Shown piece by piece: positions 41,811 through 55,885 of a DNA stretch of 64,000 nucleotides (position 1 is the stretch's first letter; every line of letters starts with the position of its first letter). Under the pieces are notes generated by a model. It was not told the origin of the DNA. It did not search any database and was given only the letters and a program-made list of their open reading frames with translations. Origin of the DNA: Rhizophagus irregularis (lineage: Eukaryota). The translations under genes were made by a program, and so were the position numbers. The stretch covers positions 2,170,001 through 2,234,000 of the forward strand of contig NC_089434.1 of assembly GCF_026210795.1 (NCBI RefSeq), in the 5' to 3' direction.

Positions 41811-43184
41811 ATAATTTTATTTTTAATTTATTTTATAATATTATTTTATTATTTTATTATAAAAGAATAATATAATTTAATTAATGGAAAGTTTTAATAT
41901 TTTATAAGAATATAAAAAAAAAGGATGGCTAACATATTTTTTTGATTATAAATATTATATTACTTTTTTAAAGAAAAATTTTATAGAATTTCAGAATAAT
42001 GCTTATATTTAAAACTTTTTTTGTATTTTAATATGGTTATATATTTATATTTTAATTGCTTTATTTTATTTATCCAAATAAAAAAAAAAATATTAACTTT
42101 TCTATTATATAAATTTTTTTACATCATATAATAATACTGAAATTTAAATATTTAAATTCTAAAAATAAAATTTTAGAATAAAAATTACTTTTATATAATT
42201 CAAATTTTTTTTCTAAAAATTGGAAATAATATTTATAATCAATATAATATTTAGTAAAAAATAATATTGCACAGATAATTTAATATATTAAAAAAATAAA
42301 CTAAAAAAAAATACTAAAAATACTAATAAATTTATATATTTTTCTGCTTTTAAATTATGCAAACTAATAGACTAAAAATCTATTATACTAAATTAGTTTC
42401 CTATTTGTATTACTCTTTCTTATTTTTTATTACTTAAAATCTAAACAATATTAAAATAACTGTATCTGGATATGATAAAAATTTAAAATAAAATATTTTG
42501 GTTAATATTGCATTTATAAAAATGATATGGTGAATAATGAATTATAGCTAACTTTAGTATTAATATATTTATATTTTATATTTTATTATTTCTTAATATA
42601 TTGGATTATATATTAAAATTCAATAATAATTATACTTATTTGGTATATCTGCAGACCAGATGGAATGATTTTTTTCTAAATAATAATAATTCAATAAACA
42701 AAGTTTTTTTTATTTATTTACACATTAAGAATTCTTTTAAGATTTATTTATTAGTAATTGAAGCATTAAAATCAACTATATACTTTTTTAGTAATTTATA
42801 TTGGCAGCAAGGTTTTAAACAATATAAGTAATAAATCATAATATGATGTAACCTGTATTTTTTTCATTATTGTACATTTAGTACATTTTAGTACAATTAG
42901 TAAAGTACACACCAGTTTTATCAAGTAAATCGTAAATAATTAAAACAAAACCAAATTTGAAAATATCTAACCCAAATTTACTCATTTGATAATAGAAAAA
43001 TCACTTCTAACCTTTGACTTGTCCCTCACAAAAAACACACAATAATAAAAATAGAAACGATATTAATGTAATGTTTAATTGTGAATGTGCATTGTGAAGG
43101 TATGTGTCGAAATTAAATGATGTATTAGTGGAAAAAAATTTCCAGTTAATAAAAAAAAAAAATAGAATACTATAAAATTTTATA

Positions 43185-44747
43185 TTATCGACCTAGAGGT
43201 GGTATGGTGCGGTTACGTTCAACAAACTCAATCCTTCTACAAATAAAAATAATAATTATTATTATAAGTAAAAAATAGATTTTATTTTATTTTCTAAGAG
43301 ATATTATACTTACGCATACCACGCGCCTGTATTTCGAATAGGAAGTTAAGTATTAGAAGTAAGTTTATAGTCCTATCTCAGTTATATAATTTAAAAGCAT
43401 TTTGATAAATATAAACTAACCTCCAAGCAATGTCAAAAAGATTCCGAGACCGTTAGTTGGCGTTATAGTTAAATTAAATATCACAACCGCCAAAATAATA
43501 GATAAAACTTGTTTAACGTTACCAGCCACGGTCATTGTCAAAGCTGATGTCTTTTTATTAGCTGTGAAACTCACAACATTTAGAAAAAATGCAATGACTC
43601 CATTTGTAACAAGGGCGATAACTAAAGAAGTTGTCATTTCAGTCCGACTAAATGCACGTACCCTGTGCAATTCACCGGTTACATAAGCATAGATTACAGT
43701 CTGAACAAAAGCTAAAGGCGACATACGCAATAATAAATCTAGGGGATGAAGCTTAAGACGACCAACTTGAACTCGATTTGTAACGACGGTTTTCAAAGCG
43801 GCTAATATCGTGCCAAGGACTGTTAAAAAGAAACCTACAAGAACAGACAATCTTCAACAATATAGAACAGAGGATTTAATATAGAAGAATATTGTAAATT
43901 TATTTCATTTACCCATTTTTGTAAAATAATAATCGCCTACTGTTGCAAATACAACCCCCAAAACAACCTATGAACAAGAACGACATTATATTTTAAAATT
44001 TAAACTAAAATATTAGAGCATTTAAAATTTAACTTACCGGAAGCAAAGAGATATATGTCATAGTTGAAAAGTTCTTTTTTAAGAAGAGAATAGAGAGAAT
44101 GATGGTAAAAATTGGTGTCATCGCACGTACCACTTGATGAAACTAAAAAATGGGTAGGTCAATTAATAAGATCTAAAATGTCATAAATACATGAAAACAT
44201 TTTTTGAATATAAAATAACTTACTGGTACAGTAACCAAATGTCTTATTAATTGTTAGGAACGATATAATAGAAGAACATATTGATAAGTCATTTATAAAT
44301 TGATCAATCAGTTTGGAATAACCCTTTCATATATAATATCATTAAACTATCTCATCTCTAATATAACTTTGAAACCCGCTAATATTTGTAAAGGCCATTA
44401 TAAATTAAAAGTAGAGTAACTTACAGTGATACATTACTAATAGCAATGTTGATAGTATATAAAACTGAAAACAGAAGCATCACCATACTTTCACGTTCAT
44501 TCAAACGTGATGGTGTGAATATTCCCAGCCAATAGAACGAATAGGACCCAATCGCACCACACAAAGCGTGCACTCCCGTTAATGTCCATGGAAATGGGAA
44601 ATCAAATAACTGCATAACAGCTTTATTATATAATGTCAGAGCAAGATTGAGGAAAAAATAAAGGGAAAGCCACACGTAGGATGCGTCAAATACATTTAGG
44701 TCCGCCATTTGGATCGGCAATATTGAACGACTATATTGACTGCTCAT
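43185..44747 (-). CDS. Triose-phosphate/nucleotide-sugar transporter family (TPT, SLC35E-like), multi-exon
   Basis: YFFLNLALTLYNK..FPFPWTLTGVH, NIAISNVSL|HLVTVP|FHQVVRAMTPIF, LHPLDLLLRMSPLA, KTSALTMTVAGNVKQ, LLGGAWYA; intact GT-AG splicing. The start codon is a best guess. Confidence 0.9.
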
Positions 44748-46954
44748 CGGATTTGAGTCAAACGGAAATTGCAAAGTCAGACCAGATGTGCCTGAGAAAA
44801 TTGGGTCGGATTAGAATTGCTTGGAATAGTGTGCGCTTCTGTAAAAAGAGTAAATTAACTTTGTTTATTAGCGGCGATGACTCTTCCAGAGAGACTTTTG
44901 TTCGATATAAACGAAACCAATTGGATCAGACATTCAAATAACAAATAGTAATAGCTATTATTAGAACCACCAAAAATAAAATTTGTTGTAATTATTACAC
45001 TAGGCACGGATATGCCCTACTCAAAATTAGTTAGATATAAACAAATCAATGTACCCTGACGGAGATCATTACTGCTTTTACGTGATTATCATATGTACTC
45101 ATTTTTGACCGGAATCAGCCTGGCATTAGGAAATTATACATATAACAATTAAATTGCCAAATTAAATGTATAAGTTTTATTAAAATTAAACTAAATAAAA
45201 TAAATATAATGTTGTAACTTACCATCTGTAATATAATTAATTATTTAAATAAAGAATTTAGTTATTTGAATATTTAAAAATTTTATTATATATATATAAT
45301 TAAAATCTTAAAGGATACTATAATAACTTAAAAATTTAAATTAAATTTTAATAACTTTATATTAAAATTTTTTTTTTTTTGGATTCAGCACATTCGGATA
45401 CTTTATTAAATTAAAAATTTAAATTCATAATGTATACATATTAGAGTAAAAAAAGGAACTAATCTAATATTATTAAACACCAAACTATTTGCTAACTCAT
45501 AATAAAGCAACTATATACAGTGCTTGGAAATAACCTGGTCATTTGACCATTTTTCGAATTAGGAGTTATTTGGTCAAATGACATCCAATCATTTAGCATT
45601 TGGCATTTAAGTTATTTGCAAAATGACAAATGCCAAATAATTGGATATCATTTGACTGTTATTTGCCTATTATATTAGGTAAATCTGGCTTGAAGTGCCG
45701 AATAAGTGATTTATCCTGATGACATATATTAGGTAATATTTTAGGAGGGTGGGGTATCCATAAATCTTAGGTAATATAGGGAGTCACATCTTTTCGCTTC
45801 AGAAGTACTTACCATCAAAACCATATGGATAGCTGATCGTCATTGTTGTCATTCGTTTGTTTTTTTGATTTTTTGGGTAAGAATGCAAATACCAATAAAT
45901 TAATAAATCCCTTTCTTGTCATTTGATCATTTGTTATTAAAATACTTAAAGGTTATTGAACAATTTATAATCACAAATGTTACATTAATTTCATTTCCTG
46001 ATATAAAACAATAAGGCATTATTGTTTAATCAGTACTTAAATATATTTCGAATTATCGATTTATTAATTAGCATTTTTAATACCTTTTTTCCATTAGATG
46101 GCAAATATACAGTATTGGTTTTGAAATATGATTTTATTTGGCAAAGTTTTCTGATTGATCGCCCTAAATGATGGCTACAAAAACGATTATCCACGAAAAT
46201 AGGTGTTCGCCTCTGATAAACTAACATGACACAACTGATATGTGCCTCACTTTTCAGTTGGTTGAGGTTTAATTTGATTGGCTAGATTTGCTTGCATTTG
46301 ATTACGCAATACTGATCAGAAACTATTGTAGCCCTAGCCAAATTAGCTAAATATGAAAATAAGCACATTTTATATTTACAAATACAAATTTGCGTCCCGT
46401 GTTTTTATTTTTAGTGCGTAATTTAGTAAACAAGGTTTTTCTTCAGTTTTATAAATTTTGGGAGCGAGAATATTTTTGCGAACTTTTGAACATATTATCA
46501 CTGAAAGATAAAGACTCGTATTTCATTTAAAATGATTAACATGATGGTTCTTCAAATTGGAAGCAATCTGGAAACTTGATTTTTGACGAATTCTCGTTAG
46601 AAGAATGAAGAAGCATAGTTTGAACTGGTCACCGAGTGAATATTCTCTACACTTGGACAAAAAATAAATATAAAAATTCAAAAGCAGTTTTACTAGCTGA
46701 TGATGGTAGGATCTTTACGGTTTGTCAGGTTAAACAGAAAACATCAGGAAACTGAAATCGCTCAATAGGAGTATGTTAGTAGAATCCACATTAAAATGAA
46801 ATTCTACTTGCTTAAAGACTACATTTTTACTGGTAATGAAGGCGACAAATGGTTCTTTGAAATATCCTTTATGTGCCGATTTTTCACTCCTAATGATGAA
46901 TTTTTATTTAATTCTACGATCAAACTATTGTAAGATATTCAACATAAATAAATT

Positions 46955-49240
46955 TTTATTCAATCAGTTTCTGTTTCAGCGATCAGAAATAAAAATGTAC
47001 CTACCGATTTAGTTAAACTTTTGGAACTATTTAAGCTTTTAATGCAAATCTCATTTTTTTTTCAAATCGACTTCTGCTTTCAGCAATCAGAAACGAAAAT
47101 GTACCTACCGATTTTGATGAACTTTTAGGCACTATTTAAACTTTTAATGATGTAGGTTTGTTCTGATTTTCATTTTCTAACTTTTTTTAAAGATGTGAAT
47201 ATGATGCAAATCTCATTTTTTTTTCAAATTGACTTCTGCTTTTAGCAATCAGAAACGAAAATAGATCTACCGATTTCGATGAACTTTTGAATACTATTCA
47301 GGCTTTAATGATGTGTCAATTTCATTTTTTTTTTCAAATCAACTTCTACTTTCAGCAATCGGAAACGAAAATGTACCTACCGATTTCGATGAACTTTTAA
47401 GACTATTTAAGCTTTTAATGATGTAGGTTTGTTCTGATTTTTATTTTTAGTACATCTTTTTTTAACAATGTTAATATGATGCAAATCTCATTTTTTTTTC
47501 TACTTTCAACGATCAGAAACGAAAATGTACCTACTAATTTTGATAAACTTTTGAATACTATTCAGACTTTAATGATGTGTCAATTTCATTTTTTTTTTAA
47601 ATCAACTTCTGCTTTCAGCAATCGGAAACGAAAATATACCTATTAGGACCCCAGATATCTCCAAAACAGGTCATAAGTCACACTTTCGGCAGATTGGCCC
47701 ATTTTTCAGGGCTCAAAAAATCGTTTTTTGTAAATATCTCGGCATCCAGTGGTCCAATTTTGATGAACTTTTTTTTAAATTGTAGAGCTAAACGAGGGCT
47801 ACAAAATAAAAAAAAGTTCATTAAAATTGAATTACTGGATGCTGAGATATTTACAAAAAACGATTTTTTGAGTTTCAGCAAAAAGGGGTGTTTTTGGCCA
47901 AAAGTCCATTATGACCTTTATATTAGATATCCGGGGTCCTTACCTATTGATTTTGATGAACTTTTAGGCACTATTTAAGCTTTTAATGATGTAGGTTTGT
48001 TCTGATTTTTGTTTTCTAACTTTTTTTAAAGATGTGAATATGATGCAAATCTCATTTTTTTTTCAAATCGACTTCTGCTTTCAGCAATCAGAAATGAAAA
48101 TGGACCTACCAATTTCGATGAACTTTTAAGACTATTTAAGATTTTAATGATATAGGTTCGTTCTGATTTTTATTTTTAGTACATCTTCTTTTAATGATGT
48201 TAATATGATGCAAATCTCATTTTTTTTCTACTTTTAGCGATCAAAAATGAAAATGTACCTACCGATTTTGATGAACTTTTAGGCACTATTTAAGCTTTTA
48301 ATGATGTATGTTCATTCTGATTTTTGTTTCTAACTTTTTTTAAAGATGTGAATATGATGTAAATCTCATTTTTTTTCAAATCAACTTCTGCTTTCAGCAA
48401 TTGGAAACGAAAATGTACCTACCGATTTTGATGAACTTTTGAACACTATTCAGGCTTTAATGATGTGTTAATTTCATTTTTTTTTTCAAATCAACTTCTG
48501 CTTTCAGAAATCAGAAATGAAAATGTACCTACCGATTTCGATAAACTTTTAGGTACCATTTAAGCTTTTAATGATGTAGGTTTGTACCGATTTTCATTTC
48601 TAACTTTTTTTAAAGATTTTAATATGACGCAAATCTCATTTTTTTTCAAATCGACTTCTGCTTTCAGCAATCAGAAACAAAAATATACCTACTGATTTCG
48701 ATGAACTTTTAGGCACTATTTAAGCTTTTAATAATGTAGGTTCATTTTAATTTTTGTTTCTAACTTTTTTTAAAGATGTGAATATGATGCAAATCTCTTT
48801 TTTTTTCAAATCAACTTCTGCTTTCAGCAATCAGAAACGAAAATGTACCTACTGATTTCGATGAACTTTTAGATACTATTTAAGCTTTTAATGATGTAGG
48901 TTCATTCCGATTTTTATTTCTAACTTTTTTTAAAGATATGAATATGATGCAAATCTCTTTTTTTTCAAATCAACTTCTGCTTTCAGCAATCAGAAACGAA
49001 AATGTACCTACTGATTTCGATGAACTTTTAGGTACTATTTAAGCTTTTAATGATGTAAGTTCATTCTGATTTTTATTTCTAACTTTTTTTAATGATGTGA
49101 ATATGATGCAAATCTCTTTTTTTTCAAATCAACTTCTGCTTTCAGCAATCGGAAATGAAAATGTACCTACCGATTTTGATAAACATAAACTTTTGAACAT
49201 TATTCAGGCTTTAATAATGTGTCAATTTCATTTTTTCAAA
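46955..49240. repeat. Composite tandem array of about 165-bp and about 107-bp units, roughly 14 units
   Basis: Shared head cttctgctttcagcaatcagaaacgaaaatgtacctaccgattttgatgaactttt followed by alternative tails. Confidence 0.93.
47645..47940. mobile_element. AGGACCCC-ended MITE in the array
   Basis: TIR aggacccc.gatatct; TSD tacctatt; long internal palindrome. An almost identical left end occurs at 6715. Confidence 0.92.
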
Positions 49241-50899
49241 TGTACCTGAATTACAACCATATGATTATGTTTGGGATAAGACGGCATGTGGTCTAAAACT
49301 TATTATCAAGAATAACAGAAGAGTTATATATGCATCAAATGATCTTTTTATACATCAAAGCATTACCAATTGGACACTATTTTAGCTTTAACAATATACA
49401 GTAGGTTTATTCTGATCTTTGTTTCTGACTTTAAATTTTAAAGATATTAATATGATACAAATTTCATTGCTTTCGGCAACCGGAAACGAATATATACTAA
49501 TTTTTTGCTTATAAAATTAGTAGTATTATTGTATACAATGCAATATACCCATATATTTTTATATTACATTTATATAATCAAACGTGATCATTTTAAATTG
49601 TATAAATTGTGTGGGCTATAATTAAGTATTGAATAGTAAATTTTATAAATTCAAATAATTACAAAAAATGTATAATGCAGGCCATAATCAAATATTCAGT
49701 GCAGGCTAAATTGGAAAGCAACTGGTCAGCAATCCATCACCAATCTGTCAGCAATCCGTCAGCAATCTGTCATCAATCCGTCAAATACCTAGTTGGCGTT
49801 GAATTAAACAAAATAAATCGGTTACTGATCAGACATAAACCAGTCAATAATCGGTTAACAATTAGGTGTATATCTGATACCAATTGGTCATCAGTCGTGT
49901 GCCAACAGAACTGCCTGGTTGGTGTCGGATCTTAGCTTAAATTGACAACCAATCAGAAGCCCAACTGGCACCCAGTTGGCATCCGGTTGAGAAAATCAGT
50001 TGGCAACTATACACAAATTAGGTACCCGATTTGTGACTGATTGTTGACTGATTTGACACTATTCGACCAGGACCCCGAGCAATATATAAATAGGTAACAA
50101 GAGATCAGCACAAATTTACTAATAGCTCTACGCATCTCTTCAGGGCCGGCACTATGTAATGCTGGTCAGAATTATCCAAAAAAGGAAATGATCTACATAC
50201 TTTTGGGCTCATTCTACGCAAACTCTCTATTGTTACCTTTTCATGTATTGTTCGGGGTCCTATTCGACCTGTGTTGTTTCAGGTCTCTTTTTGTAATTCC
50301 TGTAAGCTCGCTGGATAACAGTTGCATAAAAATTTTTAAAGCTATATTGATAGTAGTATTTAGAAATCAAGAATTCCCAAGATTGCTTCATTGAACTTTC
50401 TGAGCTTTCTGAAAAAAACTTCATTATAGATTAGAAAGTTTAACCCAGAATAGGCAGATCATGCATAGTACCTTCAGCCAATATTTTACCCGCATAAATA
50501 TGACAGACAAACAGTTTCACTAAGTGATCAGTGTATGCAAAATAACTCCTAAATTTTATGAAAAAATATATTCATCATGATATTGGACTAACTGAAACCT
50601 TATGTTTACTAAATAGCAATATTTATTAATAAGCATTAAAATTTTATATTTATTAAGCAATAAATACTTAATATATTAAATAAGTACTAAATTTTAATAT
50701 TTATTAACCATTTAATTTATTAAACATTTTATTAGTATTTTAAGTAAATACTCAAATGCATTTTACCAACATACCTTATATTTTATAAGTACCAATAATA
50801 AATATTAATAAATTACTTTAACCAACATTGTGATATTAACTGCTTTCTATATTATAGTACATGGTTTAATAAATAATCTATGTTTAGAACTTAGAATAT

Positions 50900-51860
50900 T
50901 TCTTCTGACCAGTCATTCAAATGTTAGACAATCATGATTACTGTCCTATTCTTTAATCTTAATCTAGTGCCTTTTTGCTAATTAAAATGATTTATAAATG
51001 GTAGTAAGTTATTTTGTTTTGCATACTGAGTCAAGATAAATAATTTGTCTGTATTATTTTTCAAATTGAGAGTTGAAGATTCGTAATTCCACTAAATACA
51101 TTTTCCAACAATTTCTCATAATGATGAGTTATCAATAAACATGACTTATCTTCAGTCTTATCTTTAAAACATGAGTGATTCCAATGATGCTTTAAATCTT
51201 CAGGTTTAAGCTGATATCTATATTTACGCCACCTGCTGAAGTATGTCTTTTCTGGCTCTACATCAGTAATCTTTATCAATTTCTAACAATTAAAGCAAAT
51301 AGCCATTCTACACTAAGTCTACGATAGTTATATAGAATATCTTTTGACTGGTAATCTTGTCTGAATGATGCGAAAAGGCAGAATACATAGTAAAAGCTTT
51401 CTTTTTTCTTCTCAGTAATCAATACTTATAAAGCAACTCTTACACGAATAGCCTATTGCTGAGAAGTTTTATGAGATCTAATGACAGATAAATTATCATA
51501 TCATTTTTCCACCTCAAAAACCTTTTCAAACGATGTCAGACAAAATCCTAACATCTATTTTTCCAACAGGACTTTTGCCTGACACCGTTGGCCTACATTA
51601 GTTTTAATGCTGGTCAAAGTTGTCAGAAAAATGTCCTGTCAGGAAATCGTTTGTTGGAAAATTGTGGTGTAACCTTTTCAAATTGATTAGCATAATAACT
51701 ATTGTAATTTATAATATATGCTCTAAGATAATGTATATCAAATCTAGAATGATTATTAACTGGCTTAAGCATAATTTTATTATAATCCTTGTCTAAAACA
51801 GTGTCAATACACTTATTAAGCCTTGCTCTGTTAATATGAGTCCCTGACATATTTAACAAT
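50900..51860 (-). pseudogene. Highly degraded LINE-like fragment
   Basis: RLNKCIDTVLDKDYNKIML resembles the pre-RT IDSALSRTRQRIVLDR segment of the LINE at about 12550; many stops. Confidence 0.3.
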
Positions 51861-51882
51861 TTATATTAATTTTACGATTATA

Positions 51883-54750
51883 CAGTAGGCGATCAAAAGT
51901 ATATGGATACCTTATTTTACGAAATTATGTAGATTACCATATGGTCATATGATATAAATAACACATGATTTTAAATTTAAGATCATAATAAACAAATGCA
52001 CTTAGTTTTTCAGACTTTCTTTTATTAGTTAATTTTTTATCAAATATGGAATCATTTGCACTAAAATTATCAAAAACATTAAGATTAGGAATCTGGTTTT
52101 AAACTTACTGAAAATCTCTGAGCAGACAAACCTAATTTTTATTATAAATTAGAATAAATATAAAATATAATACGTAAAATTAAAAAAAAAAGTTAAATAG
52201 TGTAGTTATAAAAACAACTATTTACCTACTTTCTAGCATACTTTACTATCATTTTAACTTGAAAAAAATAATAAAGAATGCACAAAAAAAATATTTCTTC
52301 AAGAATATTATAAGAAAATTAATCAATATGATGCAAGTAATTACTGCCATAAATTAAATTATTAGCGTCTATATTTACAGTTTAACCTCGATATACTGAT
52401 AGTTTATATACTGATAATTGACATATACTGATAAACATTCTTTGTCCCATTTCATAATTAATAAAAAAACTTCATTATACCGATATTATATATTGTTTCA
52501 CAATATAACATATACTGATGCAATTTCTTTGTCCTTTAATAAGTAATATATAGTAGTATATATCGATAATCCAAGTTACATCAGCATATAATACTAACTT
52601 TTTTTGCTCAACGCGTCATGTTTTAACTCATAGCAATATCTCAACAACAAAGAAAAAGGAAGTCTGTTCAAAATACTTCCAAATCAAATAAAAGAATAGT
52701 TTTAACACATGCATAAAAACATCAACTCTGTTTAGACTTTTAAAAAATACCACGATCTACTCAAGAGAAACTTGCAGCTTTATATAAAATTAAACAAAAT
52801 ACTGTTTCAGATATTTTTTTAAAAAAAGACAAGTGGTTACTCATAAATCCAGACTCAGAAGATGCAAATAAACAAAAGGAGAGGCCTATTTATTTTCCTC
52901 AAGTAGAAGAAGCTCTTTTATTATGGATAACAAATGTTCTTGCTGCAGAACTCACCATTAACACTGATATTTTACATGAAAAAGCAAAATATTTTGCACA
53001 ATAATTTGAAATCTATAATTTTTCAGTTTCTAATGGTTGGATCAATAAGTTTAAAAAGCGCCATAATTTAAAAGAATATATTAAGTAGGTGAAGCAAAAA
53101 GTGCACCATTGGAAACTTTAGATAAAGAAAGAAGTATTTTGTGTGAAATAATCAAAGATTATGACTTAAATGATGTTTTTAATTGTGATGAGACTGGTAA
53201 ATTATATATTTTTTTTCAAAAGACTTTTATTTTCTATATTTATAATTTTGTTTATTTTAGGATTGTATTGGAATCTTGAACTATCAAAAACATTGGCATA
53301 AGGACCTCTTTTTGGAACAAAGAAATCTAAAAAGCGGATTACTCTGCTTTTTACATGCAATGCTACTGGTACTGAAAAATTAAAGCCATTGTTTATTCAT
53401 AAATACCAGAATCTGCGAGTATTAAATGGGAAAAAAAGAAGAATTACCAATAAGCTATTACTAGAATTCAACTGCATGGATGCAAGTTTCCATATGAAAT
53501 GATTATCTTAAAAAATTGGATATGCAAATGCGATTACAAAATCACAATATCTTTTTGCTTGTTGATAATGCTTCCATACATATTATAAATGAAGAAATAA
53601 ATTTAACCAATATGGTTATTTACTTTTTGCTACCAAATATTACATCTCATCTACAGCCTTGTAATGCAGAAATTATTAATTCTTTTAAGGCTAGTATTTT
53701 TATTAATTCGCAAAGGTCTTTTTTTACAAAATTAAATTTAATTTATGGTAAATTTCAATAATTTAGGCACAGTACCGGAAATTACTTGTTAGAAATAGAA
53801 TTGAAGCATATGAAATTTCACAAGAACTTAACAAAGAGCCTATTCCTATAAATATTCATGATTCTATTAATTTCAGCATAAATGCTTGGAATTCTGTAAG
53901 TCAACAAACTATTGTTAATTGTTGGAAACATGCAGGGATTTTACTAATAAGTGAAACAGACGAAATTGATGAAATTGAGGATCAAGCATTTCAGGATGAA
54001 ATGGAATTACAAGATTTAATTAACAAACTACCATTTGATGATCCTATGGATGCAGATGAGTTTCTTTGTATTGATGATTGTTTAAAAAGTAATGAAGGGT
54101 TAACTGATGATGAAATTGTATCTATGGTAAAGTCAAATAATAATAATGAACCAGAAGCAGATCCAAATGAAGTGCCTCCGGTAGTAATTTCTGTAACAAA
54201 AGCTTTAGGTTATTTGGATGATCTTGTATTATTTTTTAAACATTCATCGGATGTTTGTATTAATTCAAATGAATCAAATGTATTGCAGAAGTTAAGACAT
54301 CAAGTATTGAAATCACATATTAATAACTCAAAACAGACTACGTTAGATAGTTTTTTTTAAACTCTTTAGTATAGTTTTTGAACACTATACAGTATATACC
54401 AATACTAATATACTAATACACTAATATACTAATACATTAATATACTGTAATAAATAAAACAATTTTTCTAAAATATTTTCTAAAATGTTTCATATGATAA
54501 ATTAGGTATGAAATTTTTTATACCGATACTAATCTATGTACTATAATAAATATCATTATATAAAATTTTCATAATGTACCGATAATTTGATATACCGATA
54601 TTTTTTTCCAAAAACAGTTGTATCGGTATGTAATTCAATAAATAAAGATGAAATAAATATGTTTACTTTATGTTTTAGTTTTATTTTATATTAAATGTAT
54701 GAGAATTTTTTTAATTTGAGAGGTGTCCGTATACTTTTGATCGCCTACTG
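51883..54750. mobile_element. Tc1/mariner-type non-autonomous shell hosting a pogo
   Basis: TIR cagtaggcgatcaaaagtata.gga.acc; TA TSD on both sides. Confidence 0.9.
52378..54630 (+). mobile_element. pogo/Tigger (CENP-B-like, DDE_1) element; transposase pseudogene at about 52618-54360; right TIR lost
   Basis: ta|cagtttaacctcgatatac left end; SNGWINKFKKRH, VFNCDETG, RITLLFTCNATGTEKLKP, NSTAWM, LLVDNA, TSHLQPC; acidic tail. Confidence 0.9.
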
Positions 54751-54879
54751 TAAGTATATTATAATAAAATATCAGATTCATTTTTTTGTGCTATATCGAA
54801 GAAAAAAACTCAATACATGAATAGATCTAATTATTTCTCAAACACCGCCTAATTAATGCTGAGGGGGGGATTCATATTC

Positions 54880-55247
54880 ATTATAATACCATTCCTGTAT
54901 TATTTTATATAAATCCTCATGGAGATTGGTGGGTATATCCGTTCCATTGCTAGACATGATTACCATATCCAGTTTGATATGTTGTTTGATCGATCATACT
55001 TATCCAATTTCTATCAGTTTCATTGCAAAGATGACATGTGGCAACATATTTGTCTGAAACTCGTATATAACTTGCTTGTGGGATCTTATCTATAAAATTT
55101 CCGAGTGCCAATTCTGTATATTGGTAATAAAAGCCTAATCTATCCGGAGCTAAATATACAGCAAAATCTGCCTCTGGGATACCACGTAATATTATTTTTC
55201 GTACCATTTCGTTTATTAGGTACGAGCTATAATTCAATTTTTACATG
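54880..55247 (-). pseudogene. Small hypothetical protein, disrupted
   Basis: TATA-like ctatataaa, then ATG-TAA in frame with a 95-aa protein-like ORF containing CHLC; protein-like reading continues past stops. Confidence 0.4.
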
Positions 55248-55885
55248 GAAGGCGTGGTTTATATAGATTTCGGGTGAATGCGTGACAGGCTATTTGCATA
55301 TGCCCAGTAAAAAGTCCTGTACTGAATTCATATTAGGTTTGTATTGAATTTATACATGAGCCCGTTTGGTACGAAAAATTGGACCATAAATGGGATAAAA
55401 TTAAAATAAATATGGCCAAATTTTATACCGAATGGGCTCATTTCATAATTGGCCTATATTTGGTACAAGAACTTTTTACTGGACATGAAACATTTTACTC
55501 ATACTACATACTGTATTACATGCGTGGAGAATATGTGATCGCCCTTTATTTGATTTTCCCTGACGTCATGATTTGGTTAGTCAATATAACGGCACTTCCT
55601 TGACAGAAAATTTCTGATTTAGCGGAGATCAAAGAAAAAATACTCTTCATTTTATTTTATACTGTTAGCGATCGCACAACATCTATTTAATGATTTTCAT
55701 TAATTGATCCAATTTGACAGTACGAGATGTACCATATACTAGTAAGTAGGGAGGACTAGCAACCAGAAAATCTCATTTTAATTCTGTTAGATTCTGATAA
55801 ACAAGATCATTGTGTGGCATAAAATTTCTATATAAAATCATGAAAAAATATTCTTCTAACGTAATAATCATAATCTTAATACATA

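Noticed and set aside
47678..47978. Mirror-image ORF pair; likewise 36372-36717 and 60598-60981
   Set aside because: By-products of palindromic MITE interiors.
34365..54115. Scattered CTGATGA motifs as possible hammerhead ribozyme cores
   Set aside because: No flanking stems or correctly placed GAAA seen at the instances I checked.
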